From NCBI GenBank assembly GCA_905331295.1, contig CAJNYD010000333.1:1-64000 (forward strand): a stretch of DNA of 64,000 nucleotides. The letters are read 5' to 3'. Under the pieces are notes generated by a model. That model saw nothing but the letters and a program-made list of their open reading frames with translations. It was not told where the DNA came from and did not search any database. Position 1 is the stretch's first letter. Each line of letters starts with the position of its first letter. The position numbers and the translations under genes were made by a program. Shown piece after piece: positions 14,297-25,760 of the stretch. The DNA is from Rotaria socialis. Its lineage: Eukaryota.

Positions 14297-17200
14297 ATGG
14301 ATGTTCAATCGGATACACCCGGAATCATAGATGACGAAAATTTAGCTTTACTCAATTCAGATAATATATTAGACGTATCTATCAGAACAAAATGTAGGCA
14401 TTTAATTTAAATTAATAATTATTAATTTGATTTCCTTTCTAGCATCTATATCATGGATTATGGCTGCGGGTCTTATTGTGAATGCAGCTATGGGTGTAAG
14501 TTATCCAATCAGTTTTTTCGCTTTAATATTCAGTTTTACACAATAGAAGTAGATTGTAGTAAACAACTTATTTTCATTTTGCCAGTTAATCGAGATTCTT
14601 TGCGATCAGTTCAAGATGTTTTCATCGGCAATCACAAATGAAGAACAAATAACTTTAACTTTACTTTTTAGTATTGTAAAGCACGAAATACATAATATAA
14701 TTAAGTTATTATTCGTAATATCGAAAACTGATCATAAGCTCTGATTTCTTCCTCAATAAAACCTAGATAGAGATTAAAATATAAAACGATAAAAGAAAAC
14801 TGTCAGTTTCTTCTGGTTATCCTATCGAATTGTTTTTCATAATTATTAGGCTGGCCTTCTGAATATAGCCAAAGCTTATGATGATGCTGGCGGTATATTC
14901 TTTAGTTCAATTCTTCACGGGGTAATTATCTAAATATGAATTGCTACTATAGTTTTGTGTTCATGTTGTAAAAATAGATTGTTGTAGTTTTGGTACTTGG
15001 TGCCTATGCTATTTTATTTGTATGTTGTGATCCATCGATATCCACATATGAAACATTTGTTCTTATGAAATGTGGAAAAGTGTGGCAAAGAATTTGCTCT
15101 GTTTGTATTATATTATATATGTAAATTAATTTAGAAAGAAAAAAAAAACAGATTTTTATAATGAGAAAAATTTTGCTTTGTATTATAGGTACGGCTTGAG
15201 TATAATTTTTTTTATTATCATCGGAGATCAATTAGATCGATGTATGCAAGTAAATTAAAAGATTTTCAATAACCATTTTATTTGATTTAGTTCTCACCTT
15301 TTTCGATCCATTATTTTGTCGTCATTGGTATTTTGATCGGCGATTTACAATACCAATTACATCATTAGTTTTTATACTTCCATTATGTTTTTCAAAAACA
15401 ATTAAATTTCTTCAAATTCCAAGGTATTTGAGTAAAAATCATTTTATCCATCTACTTAAAATGTAATTCGTGACCTTTTGTTTTGTTGATGATACAGTCA
15501 TGCTAGATTGTCTCTTCTTGTTTAGATTAAATACCATACTAATATTACATGATGAGGCGTGTGTACAAGCAGAGAAATAGGATTTAAAAACTTTTCGAGG
15601 CATCGGATCTGTCATTCGTACACAGTGTTCCAAAAATAAGAATTTAAACCTATGCCATGCCTTTCGAAACAAACAGAGATTAAGCATAATAATGAAGTTC
15701 AATATATCATTCTTCGTTTTGACATTGACTTCCTTTTCATTTGTATTAATTGAGTATTTCCGAATAACATCACGAGAGACAATTAAAGGTTTAATTATAA
15801 CTAAAGCGTGATTTTATCATATCGTGAAAATTTCATCTTGCTGAACTATTTTTTGGTTGAGATAACCTTAAGAAAACATCTAGAACAGATAAGATAGGCA
15901 GACGTCACAACTAAATAGATTTTCCTATCAACCACGACACTGATTGGATTCTGACAAGCAATTTAGCATGAGAAGTTTCTCGCAAATTTTCAAATTAGTT
16001 ATTTCAATAAAACTAACGAAGAAAGACCGAGCAGTGTCTCTGGAATTTTAAACAAAAGTAAATGGACGTGCAGGCCAAGTATTGGTATCTCAAATGTATA
16101 CAAATTAGCGGCTCAGAGTAAACGAATCAAAAAATTAAAGCGAATAAATTTTTTGATTCGTTTGCTCTGGACCGCTAATTTGTATATATTTGAGATACTT
16201 TGGTAGGTGAATTCGTCGCATGGACAATTTGTTATCACACTATTCGTTGCGAATGTACTGTAGTTGATTAGAGCTGTACCATGCCCTTCTGATAATTGAC
16301 TTAACTAAAACCGTGTTTCAATTAATGTATAAAATTATAATTATAACTCTGTTATCCTCGCCGAGCAAAAAATGAATATTCTAATAGTATTTTCGAATAA
16401 TAGAAAAAAACAATTAGCTTGAAAATTAAGTATAAAGTTATTCTAGAAAGTAAAAAAGTCACTTGTTTTCAATACTAATATAATTATGTACTATTATTTC
16501 ACGAAGAGCGAGTACAATCAAGAAGTTTTCGAGCGAGAAAGAAAAGTCTATGCTTACTTATGAAGATTACAATTGTACTTTAGAGCGAAAAGATTTTGCG
16601 AAAATGATTTTTCGATATTACAGCCAAGATTGCAAAGGTAAATCTAACTTTAAAAAGCTGATTTTCATTAGACTTCTCTATGAATAAATTTTTCTCTCTA
16701 TCTCTACATTAATTGTGTTACCCTGGTCAATCGCTCCGGTCACCGAATACTGTAGGAACCAGCCGGAAATATGCGGAAAAATCACCGTATTCCGGAGGAA
16801 AATTTTCGGAGTTTTCCCCATGATTGGTTGTCGGTTCCTGCCGGAATACTGCTTCCACCTTCCAGCCTTTTCTGGTCGTCTCGCCGTACCGCCACGACCT
16901 GGGTACATTTAATTAGCCATGCGACGAATTGTCCAGTAGCCCCTCGTAAGACATCCTCAAGCATTCTTCGATCTATCTTTACTGCATTGAACTGTGCTGA
17001 GAAAAGGTCAAAGAGCAAAAAACACAAGAAATTAATTTTCATTAGTACCGCAGACAAATAACTTCTAGATCTATGGTATAAATGTAGTCATCCGACTAAA
17101 TGCAGTTTACTAGGAGTTTAAGACTTCTATTATTTTCAAACATATTGTCTTTTTTATGATTAGTTTGTTTTTAAACATTGTACCCAAAGACGTAAGTGAG

Positions 17201-18305
17201 AACTCCATAGCATCTCCTCCGATATGAAATTGTTTCAATTATTTAAACCTGCTCTCTAATTGACTTTAAGTGCATCCGTTAACGATATATTTATAAATAC
17301 TTCTTTTTTAAACTCTTTGTCTTTGCGATTTTCCATTTTTCTAGATGATGCTTAATTTTTTTTCCGTGATATTTTCTTGTTGCTTGTTAAAACAATAGAT
17401 TGTTTTCAATAAAACTTATCCAACGGAATAAGTGAGAGAAACAATTTTCTTGAGTTAATGTTTGATACAAATAGGCTATGTTCAGCCATTATTTAGCCTA
17501 AATACTTATCTCTCTAATACATGTTTCTATTTAGCATGCTAGGTGTATTAGCCATTATTTATGTTGTTATTATGGTACCGATTGAATATTTTATTAAGAG
17601 ACCAACAGATGTAATTGTTAAAAAAAGGTAAAAATCGAGATTTATCAAATATATCATTGTCTCTTTTCGATGATTTTAGTCCCGACTCATGGACAGATAT
17701 ATTCTTAGTCTTGCCAACAATGTGTTTTTGTTATCAAGTTTGTTCGCGTAGCTTTTTTTTCTAAAAAATTTTCATTTAATGATTATTTTATAGGCACATG
17801 TAAATGCTGTACCAGTTTTTGTTTCATTAAAAAATCGTGCTGACTGTGTCAAAGCAACATTAGCATCAACAATAATTCTCATTCTCAGTTATTGTTCAGT
17901 AGCTATATGCGGTTATCTTACATTTGGTACTAAAGTTGATCATGACATTTTAATGTCTTATCAACCGATATCATCGGTTGTACTCATTGCAATAATTATG
18001 GTTGCAATTAAAACTTATACAGCTTATCCAGTAAATTTATTTTGTGGAAGGTAAAAGAATGACTGTTAAATAAGTTCGAGTATTTGTTTTTTGTATTTGT
18101 TTTAGAACTGCAATTGATTCATTATCGAATGAAACGGCTGCATCGTTGATAGCGACAGATCCACGACATTCAATAAAACGTCGATTTCTCATTGTTTGTG
18201 TTTGGTTTTTTTCAACTTTAGCTGGTGCAGTTTTCTTACCTAATATTTCAATAGCTATACATTATTTAGGTGCACTTGCAGCTAGCTTCATGTTTATATT
18301 TCCAG
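14297..18305 (+). CDS. SLC38A7: SLC38A7/8-like amino acid transporter, multi-exon, last exon not found
   Basis: Exons translate to LIVNAAMG/AGLLN, FIIIGDQLDR, YFDRRFTI..LVFILPLCF, VLPTMCFCYQ/AHVNAVPVF, CGYLTFGTKVDHDILMSY, IKTYTAYPVNLFCGR, LGALAASFMFIFPG followed by a donor (gtatga). Confidence 0.85.
16085..16198. repeat. 114-bp near-perfect hairpin (MITE-like) in the SLC38A7 intron
   Basis: GTATCTCAAATGTATACAAATTAGCGG..ACGAATCAAAAAATT paired with AATTTTTTGATTCGT..CCGCTAATTTGTATATATTTGAGATAC; ~50-bp arms. Confidence 0.85.
16721..16903. mobile_element. CCC...GGG MITE (CMC/EnSpm-like), TA target duplication
   Basis: ta|CCCTGGTC...GACCTGGG|ta, rich in CCGGAA motifs; shares gtaggaacc.gccg.aa..tgcggaaaaatcaccgtat with 57421-57721. 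Confidence 0.8.
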
Positions 18306-18360
18306 GTATGACGAGTATTTCATATTTTTTTTAAAATTATTATCTGTTTCAAAGAAAAAA

Positions 18361-19036
18361 AGAAACCTTAGTGTTTTTTTAAATAACTTTTGAACGAAAC
18401 ATGATAGAGAGCTGAGATTTTCAAAATTGGACAGAGAGATGTTGGGGCCAGATTTCAGCGCAAAAATTTGATTGGTTCACAATGGATCAATCATATGAAA
18501 TCCCAACGGACATTTTGCAAACAATATAGTGAACGCAATTCGGAGATTGTCATGGATTCCGTCATGACTATTAGGTAAAAAAAGTGTTCTCTTTCGATCT
18601 AGACAAGACCCAACTTTCTATCATATTTGCTTGATGAGTTAGACGGGTTTTACTGAGATCCCCCTAGTCGAGCTTTTTTTTTTCATGCACTTGCAAGACT
18701 TAAGCTCAAGATGTGTCCATAGCGCATGACTTTCTTGATCAAGAAAGTCAAAAATTGCATGCGCTTGCAAAACAAAATAGAAAGTTCGGTCTTGTCTAGA
18801 TCGAAAGAGAACATTATTTTCTACCGAGTGGTCATGAGAGAATCCATAACAATACCAGAGTTGCGTTCAAAATATTGTTTGCAAAATGTCCGTTGGAATT
18901 GCATCTGATTGGTCCATTATGAACCAATCAAATTTTTGCATTGAAATCTGCCCCCAACATTTTTCTGTCCAATGGTAAAAACCGCAGCTCTCTATCATGT
19001 TCCGTTCAAAAATTATTCGAGAAGCAATGGAGTCTC
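18361..19036. mobile_element. Foldback-type non-autonomous DNA transposon with ~250-bp diverged inverted arms
   Basis: ~18361-18620 is the imperfect reverse complement of ~18777-19036 (e.g. gttctctttcgatctagacaagacc / ggtcttgtctagatcgaaagagaac; aaaaatttgattggttca / tgaaccaatcaaattttt). Confidence 0.8.
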
Positions 19037-19182
19037 TTCTATTTGGAAAAGGATAATAGAAATTTGACAAAATTGTCGAGTTTCCGAATTTGTCGAAATT
19101 CCTGAAGAATTTCGACAATATCAATTTTTGCTGATGATTTTATTGTGCAATATCCGATGGAAGTTGGACAATATACATCATA

Positions 19183-19458
19183 CACTGAAAGCAAAATAGC
19201 ACCACATGGAACCTAAACGTTTTCGCCCTCAGTGCGAAACTCATAAAAGGTTTTAAATTTTCTCACTGAACTTAAAAAGTGTGTCGAGCTTTGAAACAAA
19301 TTTTGAACCATTTATAGGTTTTCCACAATACCTTCGAAAACTTTTCCTGGAGTATTTATAATCGTTGTGAGACTATCTCGGGGTTTTACGAAACCTGTTT
19401 GAAGGTTTCGAATTCGTTTTAAAAATGGCTCCGTGTGGTGCTATTTTTGTTTCCAGTG
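19183..19458. mobile_element. MITE with CACTG...CAGTG termini, TA target duplication
   Basis: ta|CACTGAAAGCAAAATAGCACCACATGGA ... TCCGTGTGGTGCTATTTTTGTTTCCAGTG|ta. Confidence 0.75.
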
Positions 19459-19460
19459 TA

Positions 19461-19594
19461 CACTGGAAAAAAAATTTGCAGAATAATAAATCCAAAAAGG
19501 GTTGATGAAAGTGCAACGTATAATAAATTTTTTCTACCGTATTTAAAACTATCCTAAACCCTTTCATAAACCCTTTTAAATACGTTTTCTAGTG
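19461..19594. mobile_element. Second CACT...AGTG MITE directly abutting the first
   Basis: CACTGGAAAA...TTTTCTAGTG short TIR, internal AAACC/GGTT motifs. Confidence 0.5.
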
Positions 19595-20253
19595 AGGCAA
19601 GCATCTAAAGGTTTTTTTTAGAAAAGTATTTTATATGTTACCCAATCATTATTTTGCTATTATTCCAATTCAGGTTGCGTTTCAGATCGTATATATACTA
19701 TATATATATACTTTTATAGATTTATAATTAATTAAGTGATGTACTTACTGTTGTCAGTTGGGTTCGAACATATGACATAATCCACGATTGTCTAACTTGT
19801 TATCCATTCGATCAGATTCGCGCTCCAGTTGCATAGTATGAAATGTATATGAATTCGTGTGATATGCCGCAGTCGATATATTTTCTTCTTTGACNAGACT
19901 GTTTTAGGTCTTAATAATCCATTAATTGTTTAGTGGTTTTGTTTTTAATAGGAAGAAGAATAATAGACCGTAAGGAGTAGAGGAGTTGCATTATTGTCTA
20001 AACAATACAATAGATAAAGAAGTAGACTTCTATCTTATTGATGAAATTTCTAGCTAATGAATTAATTCTTTTCTAGGTTTCAATAGAAATATCTATAAAT
20101 AAATGAAACTATACTGGGTCTTAAAAGAATATTTTTGATGAGATCATATGTCGAATAACATGTTTACAGGAGTATGTTTTCTATGCGTTTGTTCTTTTTT
20201 TATTTGAAATTAAATTAATTATCTTACAACACCAAATAATTGTTCGAAATTAT

Positions 20254-22396
20254 TCATTTTAACATCGTTGTTGCCGTACAAGTTTTCAGTGGATTGTGTG
20301 CGAACATAGAATTCGATCGATTTTGATCATGCCTATATGTAACATAATGTAATTGCCGTGCACGATAATTCTGTGGATTGTTATAGATTATTAAAGAATT
20401 TCTTTTATTATTAAGCGATAGACGATCACTATAACGGCGACTACATTTTGACGTAATTGAGAAATTTACTTGGTCGGTTCGATAGGAAATTTTTTTTTGT
20501 TTTCTATGAGCATGCTTTTTTGAAGGAAAACTTTTGTTACGTTGTATTCGATTACTATTCAAACGTAAATTAATTAATGATTCTGAATAAGTATTCATTG
20601 GTTGAAGTTGATATTGAGATAGTATCGATATATCGGAAGATTTTTTTCTTAGTTCATTTACACTTTCACGACGTCTTCCACCACATAGTTGCTGTAGGAG
20701 ATGATTATTTCGCGTTTGAGATTCCCATGAATTTACTGGTGTTATCTTTAAATATAGAAAAAAAATGCAGATTCATGAGAGTAAGTTTTTTCTCCCTCAG
20801 CTTCTTTTCTTAGTGATATCCTTCCTTCCTTGTCGAAGAGATTATCTGATAATTAGACATAAGAAAAAATCTTCATAATTCAGTAGAATAATGAGTTTCA
20901 TCGCTAGGCAATACTCACATATGCTAATTGCGAGTTTTGTTGTACATTTCGAATCGATGAATTTGTTCGTCGCATTGACAGCCGACTGGGTGTACGTAAA
21001 AGTGAACCTCGACTCTTTTTTATATGAAAACAAATACGAGTTAATTCACGTCGAAATCGTCGATTGAAATACGTAAAAATAAAAAAGTTCACCTCGAATA
21101 GAAAAAGGAATTTTTTTTCAAATGATTCAAAACGAATCAATTTTCTTCTTACTGCACTATTAAAAAGAATCAAAAAGTTTGATATATCATAGGAAACGTA
21201 TAATATTGGATGATTTCGATAGAACACATAGAGATAATGAAGAATCGATGCAGGAACTTGACAAAATGTAAACAAAGCGATTAAACATATAACTGAGCGT
21301 GTTATTGCACCTTCACGATGGCGAGATACATTTGTTTCACGTTCTATACGTGAATTTTGTACATGTAATGATGTAAAATGTTTAAGAAAATTTGAGCTTG
21401 CATTAATACTTCGAATGAGTTCAACATTGAAATAGGATAACATTAAGAATGGCAATATACTTTGAAAAATACTATAGAGAACTGAACGAAGAAAGAAAAG
21501 AAGAAAATTCAATTTATAGGAAAATCCCCACAAAATCCTCTTACTAAGATGAACAATATAATGATAGAGAGGGTTATGGAGTACTTTATTTTCGATAAAT
21601 AAGAAATCGACGCTTTCAGTAAAATTCTCAACGCCTATAAATTTTTCATGTTGAACTTTAGTTTGATATTCGAAAAATCTTGGTAATGAATATATTAAGC
21701 CGAAACAATAAATTGCACCAACAATATAACTAAAAACAAAAAAAAACAGGAAAAGAAACTGATGGAAAACGGTTATCTTTGAAATTCTAAGAAATATAAC
21801 ATTCTAGGAACAACTTCGAATTTCTTCTTTCATGTCAATTGCAAGAAACTTTAAAAGAAAATCTTACCAGGCTCGTTTCGAACTATATGTATAATGTAGC
21901 ATAGGCCATTTAATAGCAAACCATCGATCAATAGCGAATGCGACAGTTATCCAAACACTAGTAAATTGAAACCAAATGATACAAGGATAAACATACGGAA
22001 AGAGACGTTTATGGAGACGTGACGAATAGAATAATTCATTTTGTTGATTCGGATGAATTGAAGCATTGATGGCAAGAACAAGACACAATAATAATAAAAA
22101 ACTATCACTAATACTTAAACAGGCTAAATATGTCGATACGGTACTTCGCTGCAAGAATTAAAAATTCAGTATGAATCGAGTCGTTTGTTTTTTCTTTCTT
22201 AAAAGTGATCTAATAAACTTACCATATGACGACGAGTAAATATATATACGGAACATAGAGCAAGAACTAGTCCGATAGAACAAACAGCTGTACCTGCAAG
22301 TACAATGAGATTATTTAATACAATTAGATTAGAAATTTTTTTCTTTTCCTTACCGACATAGCCAAATAAATAATGCGTAAATAGCATAAGCCACAT
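20254..22396 (-). CDS. Rhodopsin-class peptide GPCR, FMRFamide-receptor-like, multi-exon
   Basis: TM segments STYLACLSISDSFLL, YPCIIWFQFTSVWITVAFAIDRWFAIKWP (DRW), SLPRFFEY, ILPFLMLSYFNVELI, ITRSVICLIALFTFCQVP, ISNFLILFNSA/VNFFIFTYFNRRFR; long C-tail exon ending ..TTMLK*. The start codon is uncertain. Confidence 0.82.
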
Positions 22397-22986
22397 CTTA
22401 TGAGAAATATGTGCTCATCTATGTCAACTGTCAGAAAAGGTATGAAGCACTAGAGTGTTGCCGCGACAAGAACTATCATAGAATGGCTCGTTCTGGCATT
22501 ATTAGAATAGAAGAAAAGATAATAGTTGCTTTTCTTTAACGATAAAGAGTATAATCTCTACTTCTTTTTCTCTTTTTTAGTGGATGCTTAGAGTTTTGTT
22601 CTTTCCTTTTCAGGGGTATGTTTATATATCTATATATATAAATGTTTAGCGTAGACATCTCGTTTTTTGCCAAAGAGAACAAATCAGGCGAATGACATTA
22701 TTACAAAAACTGAATGAACTATTAACATCGAATTTGAATAACAAAAAACAACATGAAATTCAATCATCGAGCATTTGCGTGTTTAAAATTATGATGTGCT
22801 TTTAGTCCTTTTAACATCGTTTAGCTTTCAAGACATGCTATTACGAATAATTTTACGCTAGTTCTTTCTCTTTTTATCTCACAACAGGAGAAACGGAAGG
22901 TATGAGAGTACTTTCTAGGTAGCTCGTCGGGGGGGGGGGGGGGGGGGGGGGGGGGTGGGGGTGGTGGGGGGGGGGGGGGGGGGGGT

Positions 22987-23020
<34 letters not shown>

Positions 23021-23562
23021 GGGGGGGGGGGGGGGGGGGGGNNNNNNNNNNTTCTAATCTAATTGTATTAAATATACGTATATCAGAAAACCTCAAAGAA
23101 TTTACCTATACAAAGATAAAAGATTAGTTGTATTTAACATTCAGACGACGTTTGTATTAGATATCTTGTTATTAAAGACATATTAACTTCTACTTCATTG
23201 TAATTAAATAAATCAATTAACTGTGAGAAATGGAAAAGAAAACGTTTTCCCATATTCATCAGAAAGAATTATCCATATGACAGAAGAACCTGAAGTGTCG
23301 AGAGATGGAAGATTACAAGACAAAAAATAAAAAATTTAGTAAACATTTTTATTTAATAATTTCATTCAGTTATAGATTCTTGTTCTTTTTTTTGCATATT
23401 TTAATACAGCTAATATATCTCTGCGGACGGCAATGAGCAAATTAAGAGTCAAAGTGAAATAGCATCCACGAGAAAAAGTCATTGAAAACTAAATGGGTCC
23501 GTTGAATCATGTCAATGAAACACAGACATCGAATCTATTTTAATAATTATCCGATGCGTAAT

Positions 23563-23900
23563 TTAATGGTAACTTTTTAAATGACGTTTCCATGGATGAT
23601 TATTACCGTTAATTCTCGAATGACGTATTTCATTATTTATTTCACGAAAGACCGATGAAATAATTTGATGATTATCATATTGAATTTTATCTAACGATGT
23701 ATCTAAACTAAGATAATTTTTGTTAGTTTCAATTACAAATGGCCTAATATCCATTTTTATTTTCGAATCTAGGTCGGAAATGCAACCATTTTTTTTTGCT
23801 TGTTTTATTAAGTACTTGTTAGGTAAATCAAAAGAAGCATGTAGAGTAAGAAAATTAGAGGCCTGTTGAAGTCATTATTAGACGAAGAAAAAATTACCAT
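23563..23900 (-). CDS. Putative small secreted protein / peptide precursor (2 exons)
   Basis: MVIFSSSNNDFNRPLIFLLYMLLLIYLT + 47-bp GT-AG intron (23815-23769) joins in frame to NSKIKMDIRPF...NGNNHPWKRHLKSYH*; hydrophobic N-terminal stretch and one KR site. Confidence 0.35.
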
Positions 23901-24515
23901 CTTAGAAAAGTCAATTATTTTATAATTATAGAAAAGATTTGGTTAATTAGACATCTCTGTTAAAAATCAACGAAACAGAATTTTCAAAAAGAATGGTCGA
24001 TGCGACAAACATTACACAAGATGTCTAAAAAATAGTTTCGAGGTTTATGATTTGCGTTGTAGTAAATATATTTTAATATCAGCAATGAGCAAAAGTGTCA
24101 TTGAGGATAAAATTTGTTGAATGAAGATTTCTTATTGATATAACAAAAATAATAAGTATTCAATCAAGCAATCTATGGAACTATTATATTAGATGTTACT
24201 GAGAAAATTGTTTGATTAAATTTATTCTATTCTTCTTCGGATCGAATCAAAGCAAATCTTGTGCTATCTAATTATGTAATTTACATGTAGACTTGAACAA
24301 CAGGAAGAAATTAAAACAAGATCGCATGCTGTCGAATACTATTTCTAACAGTATCTTATTCAAAATTTAAATCGTCATTAAATTAGAATTTTCCAATGAA
24401 TTTTATTAGATCGTTATTCGAAAACTCAATTATGCAGTAACTCGATTATAAAAAGATTATTGAATAACAGTAATACAAATTTTATTTATTTTTCTATTTT
24501 AGATACGGAATAAAG

Positions 24516-25760
24516 ATGAGTATCAAAGTTCATCTGAAAATGAATTGTCCTTATACGAATGAACTTATTCGTAATGTTCTTGAAGAAAGAAATGATTTAT
24601 TTACTCTAACAGATTCATCGACCTTGAATGATGATAATACGCTCTACTGGCTCGAATATGAAGAACTCGATTTTGATATGCTCTATCGTCTAATTAAAGA
24701 ATCGAATAAGAAAAAAATTTTAGCCAATTCATATTGCATACGAAAAGGTCTTTTACGTAAAGCTCATTTTGCAATGTTCGTTCAAAAATATTTAGCTAAA
24801 GTAAGAAAACTAATTTGTTGTTATTGATCAATATTCTTTGTTTTGCTTTGCTTCGATGTTCATTAGCAACCCAACTCAGTTCTACGTGATCACTATCCTG
24901 AAACTCATATACTGGATCTAATACACCCGGATTATCTAGAGGAAGCACTCAATGAAGCGTTCGAATTGCGAGATACTTTGGAAGCAAATACAAAAGAAAA
25001 CACTGAGCCGATTCCTTTTATCCTTAAGGCATCAATATTAGATAAAGCAAGTGAACTATGTATTTTCTATACTCAAGCAGAATTAGAAGAATTTTTTACA
25101 AGCAAATACGATGACGACGATGAGAGTATTGCCAATGTACGTGAATGGATCGTTCAACGTTATATAAAAAATCCTAAACTTCTTCCAATATATCAAAATC
25201 GAAAATTTCATTTACGTGTTTATGTTGTTGCCGAAAGAAATCTTCGTATTTATGTCTATGATGGTATATTAGCTCTATTTGCATCATTTCCCTATGATGC
25301 TGCTGATAATGATCAAACATTCGATCGTCTTCGTCATATAACAAATACATGCGTACAAATTGAATCAAAAATAGATGAAGAGGATTTAGTGAAAGAATTT
25401 TTTTCATTAGAAAGCATGGACGACGATCTACGCTCACGTATATTTGAACAAATAAAATCAATTGTCAAAGATATTTTTACTGGTCTTCATAATGAAATAA
25501 CTGTATTTCAACCGATAAGAAATGCTTTTGAAATCTATGGATTCGATTTTCTTATTGATGAAAATAATCAAGTTTATTTTCTTGAAGCAAACGCGTTTCC
25601 AGATTTTAAACAAACAGGAAATTCGTTGAGCATATTAATTAAAGAATTATTTCAAAATCTAGTTCAACATATTGTTTTACCATATTTTGGTTATGAAGAA
25701 TCAAGCGAAATCACTCAACGTAAATTACATCTTGTCTATGAAAAACAAAAGACGTTTTAA
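24516..25760 (+). CDS. Tubulin-tyrosine-ligase (ATP-grasp) domain protein of fungal Pby1-like type; exons 24516-24800 and 24867-25760
   Basis: ANSYCIRKGLLRKAH, YLEEALNEAFELR, WIVQRYI..P.L, RKFHLRVYV, HITNTCVQ, NAFEIYGFDFLID, FLEANAFPDFKQTG; single 66-bp GT-AG intron in frame. Confidence 0.88.

Noticed and set aside
22929..23051. Poly-G tract giving a poly-proline ORF or apparent G-quadruplex
   Set aside because: It runs directly into an N gap; most likely a sequencing/assembly poly-G artefact.
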